In this document: in pieces, positions 18,774-27,212 of the stretch
How the letters are laid out: every line of letters begins with the position of its first letter
Position numbering within the stretch: position 1 is the first letter of the stretch
Assembly: GCA_040007395.1 (NCBI GenBank)
Contig: JBDTVG010000179.1
Coordinates: forward strand, 1 to 61,566
Source of the DNA: Chloroflexota bacterium
Lineage (GTDB): Bacteria; Chloroflexota; Anaerolineae; Aggregatilineales; UBA2796
Direction of reading: 5' to 3'
DNA length: 61,566 nucleotides
Notes under the pieces: model-generated
What the model was told of the DNA's origin: nothing
Databases searched by the model: none
Seen by the model: the letters and a program-made list of their open reading frames with translations, nothing else
Translations under genes and position numbers: made by a program

Positions 18774-19193
18774 ATGTCCGACGACAAACCAACTATCAAT
18801 ATCAGTGGCAGTAACGTTCAGGGCGGGATCGTGGGAATTGGCGGGACGCAAAATTTTCAGCAAGCCGTGACCCTCACGCTCGGCAATCTCTCGTCCACCG
18901 TCGGTGCGCTGCAAGCCCCCGACCCAGACAAAGCCGAACTGCAAAAACTCATCGCTGAGCTGGAAGCCGCGCTCAAGAACGCACCCGCCGCTCATCAGGA
19001 CGATGCGAAAAAGATCGCTAAGCGTGCGAAAGAAGCCGTCGAGGAAGCTGCCGCCGATCACCCCGATAAGGATGGGGTCGAGGCGAAGGCCAATCTGCTC
19101 AAGAAGGCGGCGGAAAACGTCGCGGGCGCGATGCCGATTGTCCTGACGATTGCCACGAGTATCGTCGCGCATCTGCTCAAGTTGGGCATGTAA
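18774..19193 (+). CDS. Small protein (139 aa) with a C-terminal hydrophobic helix. Its N-terminal motif is shared with the upstream STAND protein. Candidate effector or adaptor.
   Basis: Starts 4 nt after the STAND stop. TINISGSNVQGGIVGIGGTQNFQQAV parallels STAND residues TIDIRDSTIQGAIVNIGGKQYFYGDV. The C-terminal MPIVLTIATSIVAHLLKLG looks like a TM helix. Confidence 0.5.
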   Translation: MSDDKPTINISGSNVQGGIVGIGGTQNFQQAVTLTLGNLSSTVGALQAPDPDKAELQKLIAELEAALKNAPAAHQDDAKKIAKRAKEAVEEAAADHPDKDGVEAKANLLKKAAENVAGAMPIVLTIATSIVAHLLKLGM

Positions 19194-19920
19194 GCACGCG
19201 GAGCATCGATTCTAAAATACAGATCAAATTTTGTTGGATGTGAGCGACTCGATGCAGATTTCACCGGCGCACGTCCTTTGCTTATCCGACAAGGTTGTTT
19301 TCTACGAATACTGCCGCGAATCTAACACGCCGCGCAGCCCTGTAAAGCGCAAGCGCTTCGCTGTGGATTTTTGCTTTGGCTTGTGCCGCTGCGCTCATGC
19401 AAAAATCCTTGCGCCCTGACGGGTACAAGACTGCTGAGATCGGCGTGTTGCAGGGAGGGCAGTATTGTAGAACAACCTGTCGATAAGAGGACATGCATAC
19501 GGTATCTGCACGAGCCGCAGAACGCCCGAAAGGGCACTGCCGAAGCAGGCTAACGGATTAAACGTTAGTGGATACCTGACGGTGCATGGCGCAATTGAGA
19601 CTGCATACTCACCCCGCTGCCGGAGGCGACCCTGCCTGCGGCAGTGTTGGCGTTTAGGACGGTCGTGAACTGTACAGCACACGCTGCTGTACGCCGGATC
19701 GGCCTCTGAATGGGCTTGTGCCGCAGATACAGCCACTGTATCAGCACAAGTCTTTGCACGTTCAGGCCACGCTCCAGACGAACCGGGTGAGATAGACCAA
19801 CCACGCAAGACAATCCTCTGCATCAAGCCGGACTCCCCTTTACCCGGCTGTTGCCCCCACGCGGTTGGTTGCTACTTTCAGAACATTTTGTTTTACAGCC
19901 TCTCGAAAGGAGTCTCCCCT

Positions 19921-20835
19921 ATGTCCACTGAAAGACCGCTCGTGTATAGCTGCCGTCAGTATCGTCTCCTTATCGCGGGCAGCCGCCAAGCAACTGAGGC
20001 CATGCTTCACGCTGCGTATAAAGCAGTTGTGCGGGCCAGAGCCAACGGCTGGGCCATTCACGTCGGCGACGCACAAGGGGTCGATGCGGCAGTCGTCGCG
20101 GCGTGCAATGAACTCGGTGTGAACTATGTGTGCTTCGGATTGGGCAGTGCTCCCCGCAATTCACAGGTTAGCGGCAGTGTCACCGGGCGCTACTGGCGAG
20201 TCGCGCCTGATAAGGCGAAAGACTACGCGGCACGGGATCGCGTCATGGTGGATTGCTCAGATCGCGGTCTGTTCATCTGGAACGGGCAGTCGAAAGGGAC
20301 GCTGGCAGGCCACACTTACATGCAGCAGTTGGGCAAACCGGTAGATCTGCTCACCTTTGGCGAGCAAGCGCAGGTCAAAGAGCAGGAAACCCAAGCGAAA
20401 TCACCTGACAAGCCATGTGTTCCTCACCCTGCCGTGGTCGAAGTTATCCTCGATACCACCCTCACGGACACTGCCCAGCAAGGCATCTTTGGCCTGCGGG
20501 CGCTAGATGCCACCGGGGCTGTCCTGTATCAGAAGCGCGTGGAAGTCGCGCATCTCGACACGACGACGGCTGACTATGCCAAACTGCAAGTGCTTATCAC
20601 GGCTCTGGACACGCTCAAAGGGCGACTGAAAGGCAGTGAGGCGGTCTACACCTTGCGCGTTGTGCAGTCCAGCAAAAATGTCGAGGGGTGGTTGGGTAAG
20701 CAGTTCAAGCGCAACATGCCGCAGGTCAAGGCACTGGGCAGCACCGCAGACGAGCTGCTGAAAGCATTTCCGTCTGTCGAGTGGGTCAAAATGCCCCGCG
20801 CCCAGATTGTGTCAGCTCTCTCAAAAATTCGCTAA
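19921..20835 (+). CDS. SLOG (DprA/LOG-like Rossmann) domain fused to a catalytically degenerate RNase H-like domain.
   Basis: SD aaggag 10 nt upstream. LIAGSR...GWAIHVGDAQGVDAAVVAA matches the DprA/SLOG signature (GSR...SGxAxGxD). The C-terminal half aligns to RNase HI (TTTADYAKLQVLITALDTLK against TTNNRMELMAAIVALEALK; VEGWLGKQFKRN against ITQWIHNWKKRG), but the E and two D catalytic positions are replaced. Confidence 0.55.
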   Translation: MSTERPLVYSCRQYRLLIAGSRQATEAMLHAAYKAVVRARANGWAIHVGDAQGVDAAVVAACNELGVNYVCFGLGSAPRNSQVSGSVTGRYWRVAPDKAKDYAARDRVMVDCSDRGLFIWNGQSKGTLAGHTYMQQLGKPVDLLTFGEQAQVKEQETQAKSPDKPCVPHPAVVEVILDTTLTDTAQQGIFGLRALDATGAVLYQKRVEVAHLDTTTADYAKLQVLITALDTLKGRLKGSEAVYTLRVVQSSKNVEGWLGKQFKRNMPQVKALGSTADELLKAFPSVEWVKMPRAQIVSALSKIR

Positions 20836-20968
20836 ACCCCTGGGCAGGTATTCATTCCAGATAGACGACCTTATCGGTCGTTTTTTGTTTCCAGCCAAAA
20901 GCAAAGGCGACTGCTATGAACAGTCGCCCTTGGCTTGCAAAACTTTGCAATTTGATGTGGAGGAAAGT

Positions 20969-21598
20969 ATGACAGACAATGCAAATTTTGGCAAACCGCC
21001 ACTGGTAGATCGTACCAAAGGCCGGCGGTTGCCAACGCCGCGTTCAGATCGCCCGCACCGCGAGGATTTGTGCTTCCCCGTGCGGTGCGCCAATCCCTCG
21101 TGTAACCATGTCCGCTGGTTGACTCGCTCTGATGCTGACAAAGCCGAAGCCGAACAGCGCGTCTGCAAGAAGTGTCAAACCTCGGAAGCGGGTAAGAAAG
21201 GCTACGCTGCGACCGCAACCTTGTATGGAGCCGATTTTGCGCTCAAGGCTGTCCGACAGCAGCAACTTGAACACCCGTCACGCTACGAACGCATCGTGGA
21301 AAGCTGGTTGGCAGAACTCGCGCTGGCTCATGACCTGCATGTTCTGACTCAGGTGGCTTTCACGGCGACAGATCTTGGCAATGTGGCCCATCACTTCCTG
21401 ATTGACTTTGTGGTGGAGACCTCTAGCGATGCACTGGCGGTGGAAGTGAACGGCTATCATCACAAGAAACTCCGGGCGGAGCGTGACTACTGGTTGACTC
21501 AATTGTATCCCGGCGACGTGTACTTCATCGACACCGATGACATTGACCACACCCCACAGGCGATCAAGGATACCTTGCGTCAACTGGTTCAACGCTAG
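20969..21598 (+). CDS. Zn-ribbon plus DUF559-type (Vsr/PD-(D/E)xK-like) endonuclease-fold protein.
   Basis: SD ggaggaaag before the ATG. CxxxC...CxxC ribbon (CANPSCNH...CKKCQ). The C-terminal IDFVVETSSDALAVEVNGYHH...RDYWL...GDVYFI matches the DUF559 pattern (DF-x-EVDG-xH...R). Confidence 0.5.
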   Translation: MTDNANFGKPPLVDRTKGRRLPTPRSDRPHREDLCFPVRCANPSCNHVRWLTRSDADKAEAEQRVCKKCQTSEAGKKGYAATATLYGADFALKAVRQQQLEHPSRYERIVESWLAELALAHDLHVLTQVAFTATDLGNVAHHFLIDFVVETSSDALAVEVNGYHHKKLRAERDYWLTQLYPGDVYFIDTDDIDHTPQAIKDTLRQLVQR

Positions 21599-21648
21599 GA
21601 AAATCCGTTACAATCGGGCCACAATGTCTCGCATTCAGAGGGTGTCCC

Positions 21649-21891
21649 ATGACGATACGTGCCGAACATCTGGTGCTCATCACTCATCGTACTGCTGGCG
21701 ATCAAGTGGTATCGGCGTGGTATCGCGTCTTGCCAGAGGACGATCTGGCCCTCATTACGGTACGGCAAGGGACATGGAAAGCCGACATTGTGTATACCTT
21801 CACGGCACCACGCGCATACCTTCAGGCACTAGTCGAGATCATTAACGAGACTATCCCCGATGCCAACGCCCGCTTTGTAACGTCTTTCTAA
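21649..21891 (+). CDS. Hypothetical small protein (80 aa).
   Basis: ORF in the same orientation as its neighbours. No recognisable motif. Confidence 0.3.
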   Translation: MTIRAEHLVLITHRTAGDQVVSAWYRVLPEDDLALITVRQGTWKADIVYTFTAPRAYLQALVEIINETIPDANARFVTSF

Positions 21892-21985
21892 CCGTCCGTC
21901 GCCACAACCGAAGCTATAAGGTAAGCCCACGCTGTGTTCGGCAGCGTGGGCTTTTTCGTGTCTCGTTTGAGTTGAGGAGTATGAA

Positions 21986-22630
21986 ATGATGACGCAATCG
22001 GTGAAGTCCTATACGAACATTCCCGCCAAAGTCTACGAGCATTACAACACGCGGTACAACAACTATACCTACCGTCTGTTTGAAGCGAAGCTGCTCAAGC
22101 TCATTGCCCATAGCCCAGCGTATGGTGGTCATGCTTTTGCCCATACCACGCTCAATCTCCTGATCGATGCCAGTTTGGAGCGTTCCGGTGCTACCTTTTA
22201 CGCTGGCGCCGAAGTCAGCCTGATGCAGCTTATCCGCCCCATAAGTGCGGATCTGGTGGCGCTGGCTCGCCAACACCTAGAAAACTTCGCGCCATCGACC
22301 CGACCAGAACGCCCTCAATCCGAAACCGATTACGCCCTCTATGAAATCCTCTATGCCCAAGAGAGTGTCGAGTTGGCAGTCTGCCGGACAAGTGAGGTGC
22401 ATTCGTGGCGGGGACGGGTGGCTTACGCTTGGGTGAGCGCAGCCTTGTCGCTGCTGCACGCCGCGGCGGCAGTGCTGGTCGAGAGCCATTACGACAGCTA
22501 TCCGCTTGAGAAGCTGGACCAAGCCATGAACTCGCTGCGAAGCGCTGCGCTCGAAGGTCAGGCTCAGCATTTCGCCTTCGCTGCGGACTTTGTGACGTGG
22601 ATGCGCCAGTTGGTTAAAGCACGAGATTAG
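21986..22630 (+). CDS. Hypothetical alpha-helical protein (214 aa).
   Basis: Good SD (gaggag) before ATGATG. No recognisable domain. Confidence 0.45.
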   Translation: MMTQSVKSYTNIPAKVYEHYNTRYNNYTYRLFEAKLLKLIAHSPAYGGHAFAHTTLNLLIDASLERSGATFYAGAEVSLMQLIRPISADLVALARQHLENFAPSTRPERPQSETDYALYEILYAQESVELAVCRTSEVHSWRGRVAYAWVSAALSLLHAAAAVLVESHYDSYPLEKLDQAMNSLRSAALEGQAQHFAFAADFVTWMRQLVKARD

Positions 22631-22689
22631 TCCCTATCGCAGTGGGGTCAGCGTGACCCCGCTGTTTGTTCAGTGAAAGGAAGCGTTCT

Positions 22690-23139
22690 ATGACGACTAT
22701 TTCTCCCAAGAAAAGTACAAAGTCGAAGCTACCACCCCCGTCGACTATTCTGACGATAACCCTCAATCCCGACGGCACAGGGACACTCCTCACCAAACGC
22801 GGTGAGCTGGCCTGTGTCAACAGTTTTACTTACCACGACCTGAAAGGCATCCTGAACGCCATTCAACAAGGTGCGGCTCGATTGGTCGAGGTTGAGCAGA
22901 ACCCACCGCCTGCGTTATTTGAAGCCTCGCCTGTTCCCGCCACAACTTCAGTCACCGACGTTGACACTACGGCAGGTGACGACGAAGGTGCTGAAACCGC
23001 TAGCGCCGATAACCCAGCGGACTCCGAAGCACAAGACGCATCCAGTGAAACACCAACTTCCGCCGTACTGGCTACCGAGGGCGATCCGCTGATTCGTGTA
23101 GCTCCTCCGGTCAATTCTATCCAAATGTCCTTACTGTAG
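22690..23139 (+). CDS. Hypothetical protein with an acidic low-complexity C-terminal half.
   Basis: SD aaggaag precedes the ATG at 22690. The N-terminal 70 aa look structured; the C-terminus is D/E/T/A-rich. Confidence 0.4.
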   Translation: MTTISPKKSTKSKLPPPSTILTITLNPDGTGTLLTKRGELACVNSFTYHDLKGILNAIQQGAARLVEVEQNPPPALFEASPVPATTSVTDVDTTAGDDEGAETASADNPADSEAQDASSETPTSAVLATEGDPLIRVAPPVNSIQMSLL

Positions 23140-23161
23140 TGATCGAAAGGAAAACCAGATC

Positions 23162-23452
23162 ATGTCTGACCAGACGATAAATTCTCAACCTGAAGCTACT
23201 GAGACAAATGCAGAACCGCAGCTGTCCACACCGGATAATGCAACCACTGCGGCCCAACCCAGCCACGTTATCTTCAAAATTGGTGCGAATCGTATTGTGG
23301 CAGACGAGGCAACCGCCAAATTGTCGCCAGAACAGGCTCGCACGTTCTTGAAAGCCACTTATCCAGAAGTGGTCAATGCTACCGTCCGTGAGCGTATTGA
23401 GGGCGATACCAAAATCGTCGAATTTCTCCCGCAGCCGGGACGCAAAGGCTAA
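23162..23452 (+). CDS. Small protein (96 aa). A disordered N-terminus is followed by a compact domain of about 60 aa. Candidate ubiquitin-like (beta-grasp) partner of the downstream E2/E1-like genes.
   Basis: VIFKIGANRIVADEATAKLSPEQARTFLKATYPEVVNATVRERIEGDTKIVEFLPQPGRKG has a beta-grasp-like alternation. It ends GRKG rather than GG. Inference only. Confidence 0.3.
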   Translation: MSDQTINSQPEATETNAEPQLSTPDNATTAAQPSHVIFKIGANRIVADEATAKLSPEQARTFLKATYPEVVNATVRERIEGDTKIVEFLPQPGRKG

Positions 23453-23489
23453 GTATTATGTTCACGGGCATCACAAGTTGTAACTTAAA

Positions 23490-23826
23490 CCATAAAACTT
23501 CCGTTTGGAAGCATTATGGTTCCAAAGTGCATGGAAGCGTTATGGTTCTAACCCGATGCAAAAAGGGCGGGATTTGAGGCACACTGCGCCGAAATCTGGC
23601 GATCCCACAATACCCTCGGAGTAGAGCCAAAGTAGATGCTGCTCCACCACTTTGGCTCTACTAGATAACTCCCGCCTATCAATTTTAGGAGGCTTTATGC
23701 TTCAAAATCCCACTTTAGGAAGTTTTATGCTTCCAGAAAGGATGGCAAACCCTTGCCAAAACGTTTCCAACGACCATTTTTAGGAAGCTTTATGCTTCCA
23801 AGAGAGGAGATTTTATGCTTCAAGTC
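23490..23826 (+). repeat. Array of six copies of an 18-20-bp palindromic motif (T)AGGAAGCTTTATGCTTCCA and the variant GGAAGCATTATGGTTCC. The last copy contains the start codon of the next gene.
   Basis: Copies at about 23507, 23533, 23687, 23717, 23782 and 23806, plus an inverted half-copy at 23490. Each copy reads as GGAAGC-N5-GCTTCC and also looks like SD (AGGAGG/AGGAAG) plus ATGCTTC. Confidence 0.6.
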
Positions 23827-24075
23827 ACAACAAGTTTAGAACTTGCCGATTGCCTGAGAGAGATCATCCCTGTGGAGCTACAAGGGGTGGAACTGCTCAA
23901 GCAATTCCGCCATAACACCGGGGCATGGTTTCCTCAGGTTCCTGCGGCGATTATCATCGAAGCCACTACCCAGATGATCGCCTATACCAAAGACTGCGCC
24001 GCCGCAGTCTGGAAACTACAGGTACTGCCGCCGACGACGCTGGCTACACTGCCTTGCAGGGAGTTTTGTCTATGA
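23815..24075 (+). CDS. Hypothetical protein (86 aa), first gene of the E2/E1 operon.
   Basis: Its ATG is embedded in the last repeat copy. Its stop overlaps the next start (ATGA). Confidence 0.4.
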   Translation: MLQVTTSLELADCLREIIPVELQGVELLKQFRHNTGAWFPQVPAAIIIEATTQMIAYTKDCAAAVWKLQVLPPTTLATLPCREFCL

Positions 24076-24929
24076 ACACATTACTGGCGGCACAAGCCTT
24101 GCTGGGAAAGGCGTTGTTGGCAGATCCCCGATTAGCGCTGGCTCAGGCCGCCGCTTGGCTGGACCCATCAAACATCCTCACGCATCCCAGTGACAGCAGT
24201 GACGAGGCTTTTGACGAAGCTGTGAACGAGATCACCTGGGCTTTGCACCTCTGCCGGAAGTTATTTCCAGAGGTATACGCTGGGGCCTCACAGTTGGTCT
24301 GGCAAGGGGCAAATGAGCAGACAATAGATAACTTCCTCTTGGACGGCATCAATGCCCACCTCGTGATGAAACTGGACGCGCTTGAAGAAATACCAGGTGG
24401 TGTGCCGGTGGAGATGCTGGGAGTCTCGTTCTACGAAGACGACTTTTTCGAAAACTATCCCCAACTCGTCGCTATCCTCACCGATTTCGGTATCCAGCCA
24501 GATTGCACCGAGACTGATATCTGGCGGGCTGGCGAATTAGCGAACACGTTATACGCCAGCGTCGAGCGACAATCTGGCACCACTTACCATCACCTCTGCT
24601 CACTGCTCAGTTGGCTGTTTGCCAGCAGTGGCAATACCTGTTTAGATATGACGACAGAGGAGTTTTGGGAGTCAGGCATTGCCCTGTTGGAGTGGCACGC
24701 AGAAAACGTTGAGGCGATGAATGCCATGGCGACCGAAGCAATGTCTATCTTTGACGAGGCCCAAGCCGGGTTGCAGGTGCTTCAGACTGATAGCGAACTC
24801 CGTCAGGTTTTCCAGCATAACCTTCATAAATTGCTCAATGCTTCGGCTCAGTCGGGTCGAAAGAAAGGAACATCCTCCAATGACCGTACTAGGCACACTC
24901 AGCGCTTTCAATGGCCTGAACGCCCTTGA
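24072..24929 (+). CDS. Hypothetical alpha-helical protein (about 286 aa), translationally coupled to its neighbours.
   Basis: ATGA overlap with the upstream gene. No JAB, ParB or other motif recognised. Confidence 0.45.
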   Translation: MNTLLAAQALLGKALLADPRLALAQAAAWLDPSNILTHPSDSSDEAFDEAVNEITWALHLCRKLFPEVYAGASQLVWQGANEQTIDNFLLDGINAHLVMKLDALEEIPGGVPVEMLGVSFYEDDFFENYPQLVAILTDFGIQPDCTETDIWRAGELANTLYASVERQSGTTYHHLCSLLSWLFASSGNTCLDMTTEEFWESGIALLEWHAENVEAMNAMATEAMSIFDEAQAGLQVLQTDSELRQVFQHNLHKLLNASAQSGRKKGTSSNDRTRHTQRFQWPERP

Positions 24930-25617
24930 AGCGGCAGTCCAAGAACTGCCGCACCTCACCTTGAATTTCTATTCGTATGGAATCCTTATGCGCCGTCGGC
25001 TAGAAAATGGCGGTGAAACTGAATACCCCGTCAGTCCAGAGCAGCTAGCGACGGCCCTCTCTGCCAAAGTGCGTTTTGAGACAGGACTGCTGTCCAGCAA
25101 TACCCTCTATGTTGCCACGGAAGGCATCCAAAAGCTTATCGTGGACTATCGCAAACCGCAGCAGACGGCCCTCTTTTTGGATGGCTCAGAAACATCCGTC
25201 CGGGTGCCACTGCCAGGATTGGTCATGATCCGGGTCACGAGCGCCAACGATAACCCGCGCTATGGAGTCTATGCGGTCAAACGCCGTCCGACAACGCTTG
25301 ACATGCCTCTGTTCCTAGCACCACTGCCGAACATGGATAGCCATTCCGTGTGTTGGGGGTCCGTCAAAAAAGTCTCGCCGGAGGGATTAGCCAATTCCAC
25401 ACTCGATGAAGATTGGACGCTGCTCTTGGGCAGTATATTTACCAGTCACAGCGTCCATGGGAAGAGCAAGAGTCACCCCGCTGACATTCGCCAGAAACTC
25501 ATCAATGTAGAAAAAGGTGGGGCGCGTCGGTATCCCACCGGTGATCTGGTAAAACTCGACTTTACACTGTCCGATGTTATCCGGAAGGTGCAGCATGACT
25601 CAAGTACACGCTTTTAA
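24879..25617 (+). CDS. Candidate prokaryotic E2-like (UBC-fold) protein.
   Basis: SD aaggaa 8 nt before the ATG at 24879. Beta-rich core (LPGLVMIRVT...YGVYAVKRR), then LAPLPNMDSHSVCWGSVKK, which resembles the HPN-x-CL active-site loop of E2s. Lies directly upstream of, and overlapping, the E1-like gene. Confidence 0.4.
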
Positions 25618-26368
25618 CCCCGACAATACCCTGACCGAGATCGTTCTGGTGGGGTTGGGCGGGACGGGAAGCCAGTGGGCGCGGACGATCTGCCGCATCG
25701 TCTGGGATCTCCGCCGACGGCGACAGCATGTGCCAACTATCCGCTTTGTAGACCCCGACAAAGTAGAAGCTAAAAATGTAGGTCGTCAGATGTTCACGCA
25801 AGCTGATATAGGCTACTACAAAGCGGAAGTCCTCGCCCGACGTTTCAATCTGGCCATGGGCCTGAACATTATCTGGCATAATGCACCATTCGATACTGAG
25901 CAACATACGCAGGGGCATGGCACAGTATTGTGTGGAGCCGTCGATAATCATTTAGCTCGCCTTGAGTTGTCGAAAGTCAAAGGGGTCTGGATTGACAGTG
26001 GCAATGCGGCTAGCAGTGGGCAGGTCATCATTGGCTGTTCGAGCGATAAGTCAGAGGTGCTTCGCAGCATCGAGTCAGGCCGATTCAGCCGTCTGCCCAA
26101 CGCGGCATTAGTCTTTCCAGCACTGCTGGAACCAGAGCCAGAACCTGTGCCTACGCCGACCCTCGACTTATCCTGCGCCGATCTGATGGAGAGCGGTGAA
26201 CAGCGGCTTTTGGTAAATGACCTGATGGGCCATGTGGCGGGAGAATATACTTTCAAGCTCTTGAACCGCCTACCCATCTATTCGTTTCTCACGTTCGTCG
26301 ATGCCGAGGGGTTAGCAATACGGAGTGTCCCCATTACGAAGGACGACCTGCTGGCCTACCTCAACTAA
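25595..26368 (+). CDS. ThiF/MoeB/E1-like adenylyltransferase (ubiquitin-activating-enzyme superfamily).
   Basis: Rossmann VLVGLGGTGSQ, the DPDKVEAKNVGRQ (D-x-D-x-v-e-x-sNL-nRQ) motif, and LCGAVDNHLARLEL. At about 258 aa it is the size of PRTRC-type ThiF proteins. Confidence 0.8.
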   Translation: MTQVHAFNPDNTLTEIVLVGLGGTGSQWARTICRIVWDLRRRRQHVPTIRFVDPDKVEAKNVGRQMFTQADIGYYKAEVLARRFNLAMGLNIIWHNAPFDTEQHTQGHGTVLCGAVDNHLARLELSKVKGVWIDSGNAASSGQVIIGCSSDKSEVLRSIESGRFSRLPNAALVFPALLEPEPEPVPTPTLDLSCADLMESGEQRLLVNDLMGHVAGEYTFKLLNRLPIYSFLTFVDAEGLAIRSVPITKDDLLAYLN

Positions 26369-27014
26369 CCTTGTCAGCATACACTTCACGCCAACCGGGA
26401 GAAAGCACTTCCAGGTCGGCAAGCTCAGCGCAGGCCGCTGGGTTCACTTCGCGGTCAGTCATGAGATTGTTCAGTCGAGCAATGGAAAACTGTGGATAAG
26501 GGCGTTCTAGCAGCTGGTAGGCATCGCCAGCTTGCACATAGCCGGTGTGCAGCACACGATGATACCAGCCACCCCAGCCTTTGGCCTCTACACGAGCCGT
26601 CAGATCCCTAATTCCCATCCGACGCGCCAGTTTCCAGCAGGGAAAACGGGGTTGAGCGACTTGCAAACGGGCTTCGCCTACCGCATAGATGTCTCCCAGG
26701 CAAACAGTCGCTTCGGTCACCTCGGAAACCGTGAAGTTCTCGCCAAAGCTTCCATAGGGAAGATCCACAACCGATAGTTCCTGTAGCCAAACTGGATAAT
26801 GGGCCGCACTATAAGCCAGCACAGCGCGGAACGGGCCACCGTGATTGTGTAAATCCTGCTGACCGTCGCCTGCCAGGTTGAGTGGATCAAGCCAGATGGG
26901 ACCACTAACGGACTGCTTGAAGATGCCCGACTGCCACGATTTGCGTGAAATGTGGTCTGGGCCATAGTCGGCGGGCAACCCAACTTGAACGGAAAGTAAG
27001 GTAGAGGGGGTCAA
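26361..27014 (-). CDS. MOSC domain protein (YiiM-like).
   Basis: GENFTVSEVTEATVCLGD...GEARLQV...RFPCWKL matches the MOSC beta-barrel signature with the conserved Cys. Confidence 0.7.
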   Translation of the reverse strand: MTPSTLLSVQVGLPADYGPDHISRKSWQSGIFKQSVSGPIWLDPLNLAGDGQQDLHNHGGPFRAVLAYSAAHYPVWLQELSVVDLPYGSFGENFTVSEVTEATVCLGDIYAVGEARLQVAQPRFPCWKLARRMGIRDLTARVEAKGWGGWYHRVLHTGYVQAGDAYQLLERPYPQFSIARLNNLMTDREVNPAACAELADLEVLSPGWREVYADKVS

Positions 27015-27212
27015 GATCTATACCTCAATTCTACAAGACGAAGCCGTAAAAGGTCGGCCTGTTCAAGTTCTCCATGGTGTGATGTTGCACCCCTTAGAAG
27101 GTGCAAGCTGACGCTTCCTTACGATTTCTACAAGCTAATTCTCTCGAAGTTGCCTGGCCTCTGTCAGGCATTTTTGATTCCGCTTCAAACCATGAATGGA
27201 GGTCAACTAAAG

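Noticed and set aside
23490-23826. Possibility that the repeat array is a small CRISPR array.
   Set aside because: Units are 18-20 bp palindromes with irregular spacing (24-30 bp, and one 150-bp gap), no unique spacers of constant length and no cas genes. They fit operator/iteron or reiterated TIR better.
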